Of a stretch of 64,000 bases of DNA, positions 49,773 to 58,955 are shown piece after piece. Each line of letters starts with the position of its first letter. Within the stretch, counting starts at the first letter, position 1. Location: the NCBI GenBank assembly GCA_964291265.2, contig OZ219747.1:1792001-1856000 (forward strand), in the 5' to 3' direction. A model generated the notes under the pieces. It was given only the letters and a program-made list of their open reading frames with translations. It was not told where the DNA came from and ran no database searches. The DNA comes from Alphaproteobacteria bacterium. Its GTDB lineage: Bacteria; Pseudomonadota; Alphaproteobacteria; SP197. Both the position numbers and the translations under genes were made by a program.

Positions 49773-50879
49773 TCACAGCTCGACAGGAATTTCGACCCCG
49801 TGCGTTGCGCACAAGTCTCCGAACTCGTCGATTGTCGAACCGAGCAATTCCGCCACGCGCCGCATCGAGACATGGCCGTCCAGGATGGCAAGGCAGAGAA
49901 CCTCCACGAACGGCCTGGAATACAGGGCAGGCGTTACGCCCCCCGCCACTTCCCGGCCGTTGTTGCGCAAGGCCGCCTCGGGCACGGCGCGCGCCACGGA
50001 CGGTTTCAGTTGGCCGAGCGCAACCAGCCGCCAGCGCAGCGCCGAGGACGTCACGCGCAGCTCGTCCGCCACGGCGTTCAGCCGGTCGATCAACCCTTCC
50101 TCGCCCAGAGACGTCCAGCCTCCGCGCCGCTGAAGCGTCGCCGCCGGCATCAGCACCGCCGCGGCGAAATTGTTGGCGAGCTGCTCCACCCGATTGCCGC
50201 CGGTCTCCCGTGCCTCTTCGGAATGCTCCGGCGGCATCGCATCCCACGTCAGGATATGAAACAGTTCGTGCGCCAGATCGAAATGACGGCGCCCTTCGAC
50301 TTCTCGGCGCGCGATCAGGACCGTGTCCAGTTCGGGCAGGCGGCAGGCCGCCCCGGAAATCCCTTCGCTGGCATCCACCATGAGGACCAGAATGCCCAAT
50401 TCCTGCTCCATGACCCCGGCCAGGCCGGTTGCCGGGGCTTCGCCGAGGCCGAACTCGGACACAAAACGCTCCCCGGCCGACATGGCGTCCTCGAAGCGCG
50501 AAGTGCGAGCCAGGCCCAGCGCCCGGCGCATCAGCGGGAGCTCGCGCCCGACCTTCGGCGCCAGCGCGCGAAACGCCGCGATCCAACGGCCGGCGCTGAG
50601 CTCGTATTTGCCGAGCTGCGCAGCGCCGGTCCCCGTATGCCTCCACGAGAAACGGCCTTCGCCGACGAGCCGGAACGGGTCCGTGAAATAGTCGAGCGGC
50701 ACCTCCAGCCTTTCCAGTACGCGCACCAGTTCATCCGCCGAGACACGCCGCGCGCCGGTTTCGATGGCCGAAACAGTCTGTCGGTCGTTGAAACCGAACA
50801 GCTGCGCAAGATCGTCTTGGGAGAACTTGCGCTCCTCGCGCAGCGCCCTGAGTCGCGTACCGATCAGTGGTGTGGACAT
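49773..50879 (-). CDS. XRE HTH + ImmA/IrrE (COG2856) Zn metallopeptidase
   Basis: IGTRLRALRE..SQDDLA...TVSAIETG; RRHFDLAHELFH; EQLANNFAAAVLMP. Confidence 0.92.
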   Translation of the reverse strand: MSTPLIGTRLRALREERKFSQDDLAQLFGFNDRQTVSAIETGARRVSADELVRVLERLEVPLDYFTDPFRLVGEGRFSWRHTGTGAAQLGKYELSAGRWIAAFRALAPKVGRELPLMRRALGLARTSRFEDAMSAGERFVSEFGLGEAPATGLAGVMEQELGILVLMVDASEGISGAACRLPELDTVLIARREVEGRRHFDLAHELFHILTWDAMPPEHSEEARETGGNRVEQLANNFAAAVLMPAATLQRRGGWTSLGEEGLIDRLNAVADELRVTSSALRWRLVALGQLKPSVARAVPEAALRNNGREVAGGVTPALYSRPFVEVLCLAILDGHVSMRRVAELLGSTIDEFGDLCATHGVEIPVEL

Positions 50880-50891
50880 GATGGCCTCCCG

Positions 50892-50927
50892 ATTGCAATA
50901 TATTCTTGCACCCTGCGAATTGCAATA
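50892..50927. promoter_or_regulatory. two palindromic ATTGCAAT boxes, putative XRE operators
   Basis: ATTGCAATA at 50892 and 50919, AT-rich, just upstream of the XRE gene. Confidence 0.55.
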
Positions 50928-51014
50928 CAACCAGGCTGGTCCCAGGCCAAGGTCGAGGTTCGCCCAGCGGCCCGGTACCCGCCCGCCTGGCGCAGGGCCC
51001 GCTGGCGGCCTTGA

Positions 51015-51147
51015 AGGCAACGCCTTCGCGTCGTCGGTGACGAGTTCCGCCCGGTCGCGCGCCCGGCTGATCTCGACGTGGAAGCTCTTCTGCGTGGTGA
51101 AATGCGGAAGGTTCGCCTCCATGGCGACGATCACATTGTCGACGGAT
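51015..51147 (-). pseudogene. TrwC/TraI relaxase-helicase C-terminal fragment
   Basis: VDNVIVAMEANLPHFTTQKSFHVEISRARDRAELVTDD (helicase motif VI). Confidence 0.75.
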
Positions 51148-51419
51148 CACCCACCGCCTCCATGCCGCGCATACGCGGCTGGGTGCGCGTCACCTCGAGA
51201 AACGCTTCGACCTCATGCCGGAAGACATTGTCGAGCGGCGCCTCGGCCATGAAGGCCAGCACCCTGTCGGCGGTACCCAGGCGCGGCTCGCGCCCGGGCT
51301 TCAGCCGGTGCACGAAGGACGGATCGCCCAGCGTCCATGCCGAGCCGCGCGGGCGCGGTCCCGGTGGTTTCGAGCCAAACCTCAAGGTTGTTGCGGAAAC
51401 GGCCGGCCAGCCCGGTCAT
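51148..51419 (-). pseudogene. frameshifted small tandem Cro-like HTH protein
   Basis: Repeated unit F...E.(W/F)LE.T...P...G..A.GDPS; GREPRLGTADRVLAFM. Confidence 0.5.
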
Positions 51420-51440
51420 GGCGCAGACGATGCAGCCTGG

Positions 51441-51729
51441 TCAGGCTGAGGCGAACTTGCGGACCTTGATTGGGTCGCGGTGGTGCTGCGCGTGCCAGAG
51501 ATCGTACTGCATCTGCTGCGTCAGCCAACTCTCGGGGCTGCCGCCGAAGGCCTCGGACAGCCGGATCGCCATCTCGGGCGAGATGCCGAGGCGGCCGTTG
51601 AGCAGCATCGACAGCGTGTTGCGCGAGACCGAAAGCCCCTTCGCGGCCTCGGTCACGGTCAGACCCAGGGGGGGCGAGGCACTGGCGTCGGATGAACAAG
51701 CCGGGATGGGGCGGGTCATGCATGAGCAT
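51441..51729 (-). pseudogene. higA: HigA antitoxin, frameshifted
   Basis: MHDPPHPG in one frame, [29 protein letters not shown]...W...Q..YD in another; break at the G7 tract 51668-51674. Confidence 0.8.
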
Positions 51730-51739
51730 GGGTGTTACC

Positions 51740-51890
51740 TCATTGGTGGTCGTCCAGATAGTCGACATCGGCGACATGGCCGTCCTCGAAATGGAAGATC
51801 ACCCGCCAGTTGGCACGGACCGTGACCACCCGGCATACGTACCCCTGAGCGGGTGCAGCCGAAAACCGGGCAGGTCCATATGGCGGGCTC
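51740..51890 (-). pseudogene. higB: HigB (RelE-like) toxin 3' remnant
   Basis: MDLPGFRLHPLRG and NWRVIFHFEDGHVADVDYLD fragments upstream of higA. Confidence 0.7.
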
Positions 51891-52023
51891 AACTACTGCG
51901 CCGTCCCGGGAAGCAGTCAGTCCCTGCAGGAGTTCATGTGTCAATGCAAACGGCTGCTCATGCGTGCCCTTCGGCGACGCTCCCAGAAGGACTGCACCGA
52001 ATGGAGGGACATCGACACTCTTA

Positions 52024-53278
52024 GGATACTCGCCAAAATAATTGGACTATTTTGTGTCGCTACGCCATGCGTATATCATGGACGGGGTGGCGAACACGAT
52101 TCGATCCAAATATGTGGCGCTGGAGGCGGTCCTGGACGAGCGCTCGGCCGCGGCGGCATCGCCCGGGTCGTCGAGGTGACGGGGATGTCCCGCAACACGG
52201 TCCGTACCGGCCTGAGCGAACTGGACCAAGGCGCGGCGGTGCCGGAACCGGCCAGGCGGACCCGCCGTCCCGGCGGCGGCCGCAAGCGCCTGTCCGACCA
52301 GGACCCGGACCTGGTGAAGGCGCTGGAGTTCCATCTCGAACCGGCGACGCGCGGAGATCCGGAACGTCCGCTGCGCTGGACATCGCTGAGCGCGCGTCGC
52401 CTTGCCGACGCCCTCAGCGCCGAAGGCCATCCGGTCAGCGAGCGTACGATCAACCGGCTGCTCCACTCTCTCGGCTACAGCCTGCAGTCCAACCGCAAGA
52501 CGGTGGAGGGCCGCCAGCATCCGGACCGCGACGCGCAGTTCCGGCGCATCGATCGCAGGGTGCGGGCCTTCCAGAAGCTGGGCCAGCCGGTCATCTCGGT
52601 CGACACGAAGAAGAAGGAGCTTGTCGGCCCCTATCACAACGGCGGCAGGGAATGGCGTCCGAAGGGGGCCCCCGAGGAGGTCAACGTCCACGACTTTCCC
52701 GACCCGGCGCTCGGCAAGGCGATACCCTACGGCGTCTACGACATGACGGCCGACAAGGGCTGGGTCAGCGTCGGAACCGACCACGACACCGCGTCGTTCG
52801 CAGTGGAGAGCGTGCGGCGGTGGTGGCGGAGCATGGGCCGCTCCCTGTACCAGGACGCCCGCAGGCTCCTGATCACAGCCGATGGCGGCGGCTCCAACAG
52901 CAGCCGCAACCGGCTGTGGAAGGTCGAGCTGCAGCGCCTTGCCGTCGAACTTGGCCTGAAGATCTCTGTCTGCCACTTTCCGCCGGGTACGAGCAAGTGG
53001 AACAGGATCGAGCACCGCATGGTCTGCCACATCACCCGGAACTGGCGCGGACGGCCCCTGGTCAGCTGCCAGGTCATCGTTGACCTCATCGCCGCAACCA
53101 CGACCCGCTCCGGCCTGAAGATCCGGTCGAGGATCGATGACAACGAGTATCCTCTCGGCGTCAAGGTTTCCGACAAGCAGATGAAGGCCCTGAACATTCG
53201 CCGCGACGGCTTCCATGGCGAATGGAACTACACCCTGATCAACAAATCGCATTGATCAAGTTTTATTGTCGAGAACCC
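52024..53278 (+). mobile_element. ISAzo13-family IS with 3-bp TTA target duplication
   Basis: Imperfect IRs GGATACTCGCCAAAATAA / GGGTTCTCGACAATAAAA; TTA on both sides (52021-23, 53279-81). Confidence 0.85.
52078..53255 (+). pseudogene. ISAzo13 transposase with a 5' deletion/frameshift
   Basis: VISVDTKKKELVG, TADGGGSN, HFPPGTSKWNRIEHR, HGEWNY; after LDER (~52142) the frame jumps directly to LGRGG. Confidence 0.85.
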
Positions 53279-53591
53279 TTATTGCAGCCCACTGGCCCAG
53301 GATTCTGGTTGGTGACGGCCGGAGCACCGTCACCAAGCGGGTTTGGAACGTCAGCATCCGCCACCCGCGGCCAGGCCAGCGCCTTGACGTCAGGACCTGA
53401 AGGAGGAGCCGGACGCGACCAGCGCACGTCGGGACCTGTGCGGGGGGGGGGGGACCGGGGTAACCCGGTTCCCTGCCGCGATGGCAGGCAGACGCTCGTG
53501 AACCGGCAGAACATGACTCTCGAACATGGGGGCCAATGGGTCCCGTTCTCCGGTATGTCATGCCGCCACTGCCTGTGCCATGATCCAGGTC

Positions 53592-54317
53592 ATGAGCGAC
53601 CGTCCAGTCTGTGTCATTGTCGGAGCCGGTGAGGGCCTTGGGCGCTCGCTGGCGGCGCGGTTCGCTGCCGGTGGCTGTGACATCGCCCTGGTGTCGCGGA
53701 CACGCGCAGGCAGCGCGTCGGCTCACGAGCATGCACGGGCCGCCAACGGCACCGTGGACGTGCGCTTCTTTGCCGCGGACGCCACCCGTCCGGTCACCGT
53801 GGAGGATGCCGTGGCGCAGGTGGCAGGGGAGATGGGCACCATCGAGGTCCTCATCTACAACGCCCGGGGAGACTTCACCCGTTGCGCTCCGCTGGACATG
53901 ACCTACGCCCAGCTCGAGGAGGTTCTCCATGTGGAGGTGATGGGTGCCTTCGCGGCGGCCCGCGCGGTGTTGCCGGCCATGCGCACCAGAGGGAGCGGTA
54001 CCATCATGTTCTCCAGTGCCACCGCCGCCTTTCGTGGTTCCGCCACCCATCCGCTCTATGCCATCGGCAAGTTCGCTCTGAGGGGGCTGGCGCAATGCCT
54101 GGCCAAGGCCCATGCACAAGACGGCGTCCACGTCGTCCACATGAGACTCGACTGTGACCTCGACGTGCCGGTCATGCGGGAGGTCTACGATGACCTGGCT
54201 GGTCTGGCCGATCCCGATGGCGTGGCCGACACCTACTGGTGGGTGCATCGCCAGCCGCCTTCGGCATGGAGCAACGAGGTGGAACTGAGACCCTTCAGCG
54301 AGACATGGACCATCTGA
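53592..54317 (+). CDS. SDR oxidoreductase
   Basis: GAGEGLG, IYNA, SSATA..RG, Y..GKFALRGLAQ. Confidence 0.88.
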   Translation: MSDRPVCVIVGAGEGLGRSLAARFAAGGCDIALVSRTRAGSASAHEHARAANGTVDVRFFAADATRPVTVEDAVAQVAGEMGTIEVLIYNARGDFTRCAPLDMTYAQLEEVLHVEVMGAFAAARAVLPAMRTRGSGTIMFSSATAAFRGSATHPLYAIGKFALRGLAQCLAKAHAQDGVHVVHMRLDCDLDVPVMREVYDDLAGLADPDGVADTYWWVHRQPPSAWSNEVELRPFSETWTI

Positions 54318-54464
54318 CGTGCGGTGGACTGAAGACGTGAACACCGGATGATGCCTGTGCGTCCGGTACTCATGCTTCCCGCTCCTCCCGTTCCATGTTC
54401 GTCGCCGGTCACACTCGCGCCCTGAGACCCGTCAGAGAAGTGCCACGACAATGAGGGAATGGTA

Positions 54465-54560
54465 AGCGTTCGATCAAGGGGTGACGAAGGTAAGGATGAC
54501 AGTGACAACTGCGCACTGCTCCGGAACTCGCCTGCATGCGCTCGGTGCTGTCATCGTCCC
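54465..54560 (+). repeat. dispersed ~90-bp repeat, copy 2
   Basis: AGCGTTCGATCAAGGGGTGA...CAACTGCGCA...CGCCTGCAT similar to copies at 16196 and 57054. Confidence 0.7.
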
Positions 54561-54562
54561 AA

Positions 54563-54720
54563 TCACCGCGTGACCGAACGCTTACCGAGAAGGTGCCTCA
54601 TCCGGCTGCGCACAGTCTTCTCGGCAAGGCCTGTTGACCGGGCGATTCGCGCCAGGGACCGCCGGCCATCCTCCTGGAGGTGTTCGACGATGGCGCGGTC
54701 GGCAGGATCGAGGGCCGGCG
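54563..54720 (-). pseudogene. Lrp/AsnC HTH fragment
   Basis: LDPADRAIVEHLQEDGRRSLARIARSTGLAEKTVRSRM; C-terminal RAM domain absent. Confidence 0.65.
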
Positions 54721-54761
54721 CCTGTCTGAGAAAGGCGCCCGGAAGCGGGGACGTCTCCAGC

Positions 54762-55619
54762 CTAGCGATCGACAAGCTTCAGTGAACGGGCGAACACCTC
54801 GCTCGTGGACTCTGCCAGGCGTTCGAGTTCGCCAAAGTGGTTTTCACCGGGAACGTCGTAACGTTCCATTGTTCGCTGCTCGGTGCGAAATGTGGCGCAG
54901 TAGGCGTCCGACTGGCGGGTGAATTCCGGGGTCTCGCCGCCACCGGCAATGACGAGGTGGGGCGCGTTGCCGTGCATCTCCATGAACAGGGGGCTCTGGC
55001 GCCGTGCCTCGGCGATGTCCATCTGTGGTCCGGCATTGATCGAGGTGTGAACCAGGGGTTCGAGTTCGAAGACTCCCGAGATCGGCACGGCGGCCCGGAC
55101 GAGGTCACAAGGCAGGGTGGAATCGAAGGCCGGCCAGTCCGTCGCCATCATCATCGCCGTCAGGTGTCCGCCGGCGGAGTGCCCCATGACCGACAGACGC
55201 TCGCGATCGAATCGAAGGTCGCCGGCATGGTGCCACAGCCAGGCCATGCACCGCCGCGCCTGGCGCGCGATGTCACCTATGCGGCATGCCGGTGTCAGCG
55301 TGTAGTTGATCACCGCGACGTTGACTCCGGCGTCCAGGAAGGGCTCCGCGACGAAGCTGTATATGTCCTTGTCGCCGCATTGCCAGTAGCCGCCGTGGAA
55401 ATAGACGAGAAGCGGACCGTCCGCGGCGGCGCGAAAGAGATCGAGCCTGTCGCGGTCCCCGCTGCCATAGGCGAGATCGATCGCCACATCGCGTGAGTCA
55501 CGGAGTGCCGCGCTGCGCTTGAGCCAGCGCACTACCACGGCATCGAAGTCGGCTTCCTTGCTGCGCAGTTCGTACTGGTGCTCCAGCTCTTCGGCATTCA
55601 TGCCGCGGTAGAGGTCCAT
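54762..55619 (-). CDS. alpha/beta hydrolase (arylformamidase-like)
   Basis: FHGGYWQ, GHSAGGHL, SGVFELEPL, NHF. Confidence 0.88.
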   Translation of the reverse strand: MDLYRGMNAEELEHQYELRSKEADFDAVVVRWLKRSAALRDSRDVAIDLAYGSGDRDRLDLFRAAADGPLLVYFHGGYWQCGDKDIYSFVAEPFLDAGVNVAVINYTLTPACRIGDIARQARRCMAWLWHHAGDLRFDRERLSVMGHSAGGHLTAMMMATDWPAFDSTLPCDLVRAAVPISGVFELEPLVHTSINAGPQMDIAEARRQSPLFMEMHGNAPHLVIAGGGETPEFTRQSDAYCATFRTEQRTMERYDVPGENHFGELERLAESTSEVFARSLKLVDR

Positions 55620-55734
55620 CGTCGCTGCCTTGGCGCATGGAGACAGGACCGTATGACGAAAATGGACATTGACGCAAGGCAATTCGGCGAATTACGCTAG
55701 TATTGTCAGGAACATTCGTGAAATCAGGAAACCC

Positions 55735-56823
55735 ATGCTGGTTGGCCTCCTGCAGGAAGCGGAGTTGATGGAGGGTGTCGACGTCGCCCAGCGCTACTGG
55801 GAGATGATCGAGGAGGTGGCGCTCGCCGACAGGCTCGGTTTTTCCTGTTGGGGAACGTCCGAACAGCACTTCTCTGCGCCGCGATTTGCCGTGGCCGCGC
55901 CCGAGGTGCTCTATGCCGCGGTGGCGCAGCACACCCGGAACATCAGACTGCGTGTCATGTGCGCGGTGCTGCTGGCGTGGAACCATCCGATCCTGGTGGC
56001 CGAGAGGCTGGCGACTCTCGACATCGTTTCGAAGGGGCGGGCGGAACTGGCGACGGCGCGCTCGAACAATGTCCATACCCTTGAAGCCTTCGGTGTCGAT
56101 CCCGCCGCCACCCGCCAGCAGTGGGCTGATTCCATCGAGGTCATCGTCAAGGCGTTCTGTGACGACATGCTGGAACACGATGGTCCGGTGTGGAAGATCC
56201 CGCCGCGGGAAATCGTGCCCAAGCCGGTGCAGAAACCCCATCCCCCGCTGTCGGTGGCGGCCTCCAGTGTCCAGTCCCACGTGGCGGCCGGCGAGCGCGG
56301 CATCGGCGCCCTGTGTTTCGAGAGCTATTTCGGATTTCCCTACCTGCAGGACTGCATCGACGGGTATCGCGCCGGTCTTGCGAAGGGAACCGCCATGGCG
56401 CCGCGGCGAACGGAGCACATGGGTCTCTACGTCGCGACGGCCTTTTGCGCCGAGACGCGCGGGGAAGCCTGCCGCATCGCCCGCGATGTCGCCATGGGTT
56501 ACTACCAGTTCCTTGTCGACATCTACGTGCCCCTGGGCAAGCAGCAGTCCTACGAATACCTCGACGACAAGCTCAAACTCCTCGTCGACCACCGGGACGA
56601 CTTCGATTATCTCCTCACCCAGACGCCGTCGATCATGATCGGCACGCCGGATGACTTCGTTCAGCGCATCGAGCGTCTCGAAGCCATGGGGATCGACGAG
56701 ATTCTGATGAGGATCGACGGCGTCGCTCACGAGGACATCATGCGGAGTCTCCGCCTGATCGGCGCGGAGGTCATCCCGCGCCTCTCGCGAACGCGCCAGC
56801 AGGATGCGGCGCCCGTCCCTTGA
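55735..56823 (+). CDS. LLM-class flavin-dependent oxidoreductase
   Basis: ADRLGF, SEQHF, HPILVAERLATLDIVSKGR, PKPVQKPHPP, IGTPD. Confidence 0.9.
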   Translation: MLVGLLQEAELMEGVDVAQRYWEMIEEVALADRLGFSCWGTSEQHFSAPRFAVAAPEVLYAAVAQHTRNIRLRVMCAVLLAWNHPILVAERLATLDIVSKGRAELATARSNNVHTLEAFGVDPAATRQQWADSIEVIVKAFCDDMLEHDGPVWKIPPREIVPKPVQKPHPPLSVAASSVQSHVAAGERGIGALCFESYFGFPYLQDCIDGYRAGLAKGTAMAPRRTEHMGLYVATAFCAETRGEACRIARDVAMGYYQFLVDIYVPLGKQQSYEYLDDKLKLLVDHRDDFDYLLTQTPSIMIGTPDDFVQRIERLEAMGIDEILMRIDGVAHEDIMRSLRLIGAEVIPRLSRTRQQDAAPVP

Positions 56824-56964
56824 CGACGGCTGGGGCTGCATGGCTCTGTCTTCCTGTCGCGCTTGCGGACAAGCAGTGGAGCGCAGCATGCTGCCTCGGC
56901 GGCTCGATCGGACTTCCCGGCGGACCATGGCGCCGTGTTCCGCGGCCGCGCCATTCGATCGCGT

Positions 56965-57054
56965 GATGACAAGGGGATGATGGGACTGAGAGAAATGCAG
57001 GCGAACACCAGGGCAATGCGCAGTTGCCGCCTCATCACCCCTTGACCGAACGCT
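56965..57054 (-). repeat. dispersed ~90-bp repeat, copy 3 (inverted)
   Basis: Reverse complement AGCGTTCGGTCAAGGGGTGATGAGG..CAACTGCGCA..CGCCTGCAT. Confidence 0.75.
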
Positions 57055-57227
57055 CACGTTGCCTCGGCATCCACCACCTTGCCCGTCGCCAAATGCACCA
57101 CCTCTTCCGGGTTCCCTTTGAGACCCTGCGCGATCCCGAAGGCGCGCGCTCACCGCGGCCTGTTCAATGACGGCATGCAGCGGTTGCCATGCCGGCTGAC
57201 GCCGCGGCGCGTGGCATCGCGAGTGCC

Positions 57228-57256
57228 TTGACTTTGCCGGATGCCGACCGTATACG
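57228..57256 (+). promoter_or_regulatory. sigma70 promoter of tRNA-Met
   Basis: TTGACT-N17-TATACG followed by a GC-rich discriminator. Confidence 0.75.
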
Positions 57257-57271
57257 CACCTCGCCTTCCCG

Positions 57272-57347
57272 GGCGGAGTAGCTCAGTTGGTAGAGCAGGG
57301 GAATCATAATCCCTGGGTCGGGGGTTCAAGTCCCTCCTCCGCTACCA
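57272..57347 (+). tRNA. tRNA-Met(CAT), elongator type
   Basis: Cloverleaf GGCGGAG/CTCCGCT, D-arm GCTC/GAGC, anticodon loop ATCATAA, T-loop TTCAAGT, encoded CCA. Confidence 0.95.
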
Positions 57348-57859
57348 CCTCCCCGTGTCCGAACGTTGTCCGACGCGATGACGGCGCGTCCCAGATCGAG
57401 GAGGGCCTTTTTCAGCGCAGGATCCTGCACGGGTGCGACAAGACGTTCGAGATGGGCCGCCTCCGCGGCATCCAGCGTCCGTGGCTCCCGCCGCCGCTGC
57501 GCCGGTCGGGGAGTGTCGATGTAGCCCTGCTTCAGCCTGATGCGGTCGATGACAGGATCCTCTGCGGTGCCGAGGTATCTGTTGATGCGTTCCAGTATGA
57601 CGGGTTCCTGCAGCTGCATCGTGGGAGCGTGGGACGGTGTGACGAGGACGGTGAGGGTGCTGCCGGATATCCGTGCCGGACGGCTGTTTTCGGCGGTTTC
57701 GCGACTAACGAAACCGACGATGTCGGCCCAGTCGATGAAGACGCGGGCGCGGGCGAAGCCCTTGCGTCGGAAGGCGCGTCCCGCAGCCTGCGGCAGGATC
57801 CTTCCCAGATGGACGAATCGTCCTTGTGCGCTTCGCGCCCGGTTCGTCCTGTCAGGCAT
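57326..57859 (-). CDS. DUF721/DciA family protein
   Basis: KGFA....W.DIVG...P......L.......Q.....ILERINRYLG....I.RIRL.QG; L..AL..LG; divergent from mutY. Confidence 0.8.
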   Translation of the reverse strand: MPDRTNRARSAQGRFVHLGRILPQAAGRAFRRKGFARARVFIDWADIVGFVSRETAENSRPARISGSTLTVLVTPSHAPTMQLQEPVILERINRYLGTAEDPVIDRIRLKQGYIDTPRPAQRRREPRTLDAAEAAHLERLVAPVQDPALKKALLDLGRAVIASDNVRTRGGGSGGGT

Positions 57860-57896
57860 GCCGTGATGACCGTGTGGACAGGGCGCAGGCAAGGCG

Positions 57897-58955
57897 ATGC
57901 CCCCCGCTGACCGCCTGCTGGCGTGGTACGACCGCCACGGCAGGGACCTGCCGTGGCGCGCTGCGGGCATTGGCGACCCCTACCGCGTCTGGCTTGCCGA
58001 AGTCATGCTGCAGCAGACCACGGTGCCGGTCGTCATTCCCTACTATCGCCGATTCCTCGAACGCTGGCCGACGCTCGCCGCCCTGGCCGCCGCGGACCGT
58101 GACGACGTCCTCGCCCTGTGGGCGGGTCTCGGCTACTACGCCCGTGCCACACGGCTTCATGCGTGTGCCAGCGTGATCGTGCGCGACCACGCGGGACGGT
58201 TTCCGGGGACCGCGGCGGAACTGAAGGGTCTGCCGGGGATCGGCGCCTACACCGCCGGAGCGATCGCGGCGATTGCCTTCGATCAGCCGGAAGCCGCGGT
58301 CGATGGCAACGTCGTGCGCGTGATGGCCCGCTACCTTGCGGTTGACGAACCCGCCCACCGCCTCCAGAGAACCGTTGCCGATGCCGTCTCGGATATGGTG
58401 CCGCGTCATCGGCCCGGCGACTTTGCCCAGGCCCTCATGGATCTCGGCTCCATGGTGTGCACGCCCCGCGCGCCCCGCTGCGGAGCGTGTCCCCTCCATG
58501 GGGAGTGCAGGGCGAGGCGTTGCGGTCTTGTCGACAGCCTGCCCCGCCGGGGTCTCCGCAGGCGGCGCCCCCGGCGCCAGGCCATGGCTTTCTGGTTGGA
58601 GAGCGCCGATGGCCGGGTGATGCTGACCAGGCGCAGCGGGGAGTCTCTCCTGAAAGACATGCTTGAGGTTCCGTCGACTCCTTGGCGCGACGATGCCTGG
58701 ACCCTGCAGGACGCGCTCGCTCATGCGCCACGGGCGGACAACTGGTCGCTCCTTGCCGGGTCCGTGGAGCACGCCTTCACCCACGTTGCCGTCACCTTCC
58801 GCGTTGCCTGCCATCGGGGTCCGGCGCCGGCCGCCGGTGACAACTGGCACGCACGGGAAGCGTTCCCGTCCCTGGCTCTGCCCGCCATGACCTGGAAGAT
58901 CATCGATCACGTCGATGCCACAAGGCGGGAGACGGGAGCGAACGAGCGGCGGTGA
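57897..58955 (+). CDS. mutY: A/G-specific adenine glycosylase
   Basis: LLAWYDRHGRDLPWR, EVMLQQT, WAGLGYYARA, LPGIGAYTA, VDGNV, C..R.P.C..CP...C. Confidence 0.95.
   Translation: MPPADRLLAWYDRHGRDLPWRAAGIGDPYRVWLAEVMLQQTTVPVVIPYYRRFLERWPTLAALAAADRDDVLALWAGLGYYARATRLHACASVIVRDHAGRFPGTAAELKGLPGIGAYTAGAIAAIAFDQPEAAVDGNVVRVMARYLAVDEPAHRLQRTVADAVSDMVPRHRPGDFAQALMDLGSMVCTPRAPRCGACPLHGECRARRCGLVDSLPRRGLRRRRPRRQAMAFWLESADGRVMLTRRSGESLLKDMLEVPSTPWRDDAWTLQDALAHAPRADNWSLLAGSVEHAFTHVAVTFRVACHRGPAPAAGDNWHAREAFPSLALPAMTWKIIDHVDATRRETGANERR

Noticed and set aside
49773-51134. Apparent relaxase-XRE-peptidase fusion (453 aa)
   Set aside because: Chance in-frame read-through from the relaxase remnant across the promoter; an RBS (GGAGG) supports a start at 50879
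53581-53586. Third TGATCC as a sigmaE promoter
   Set aside because: No CGTA at 16-nt spacing, and it lies only 5 nt from the ATG
15476-57271. tRNA-Met-anchored genomic island
   Set aside because: No integrase and no duplicated tRNA 3' end (att) seen, and the accessory DNA is on the 5' side of the tRNA
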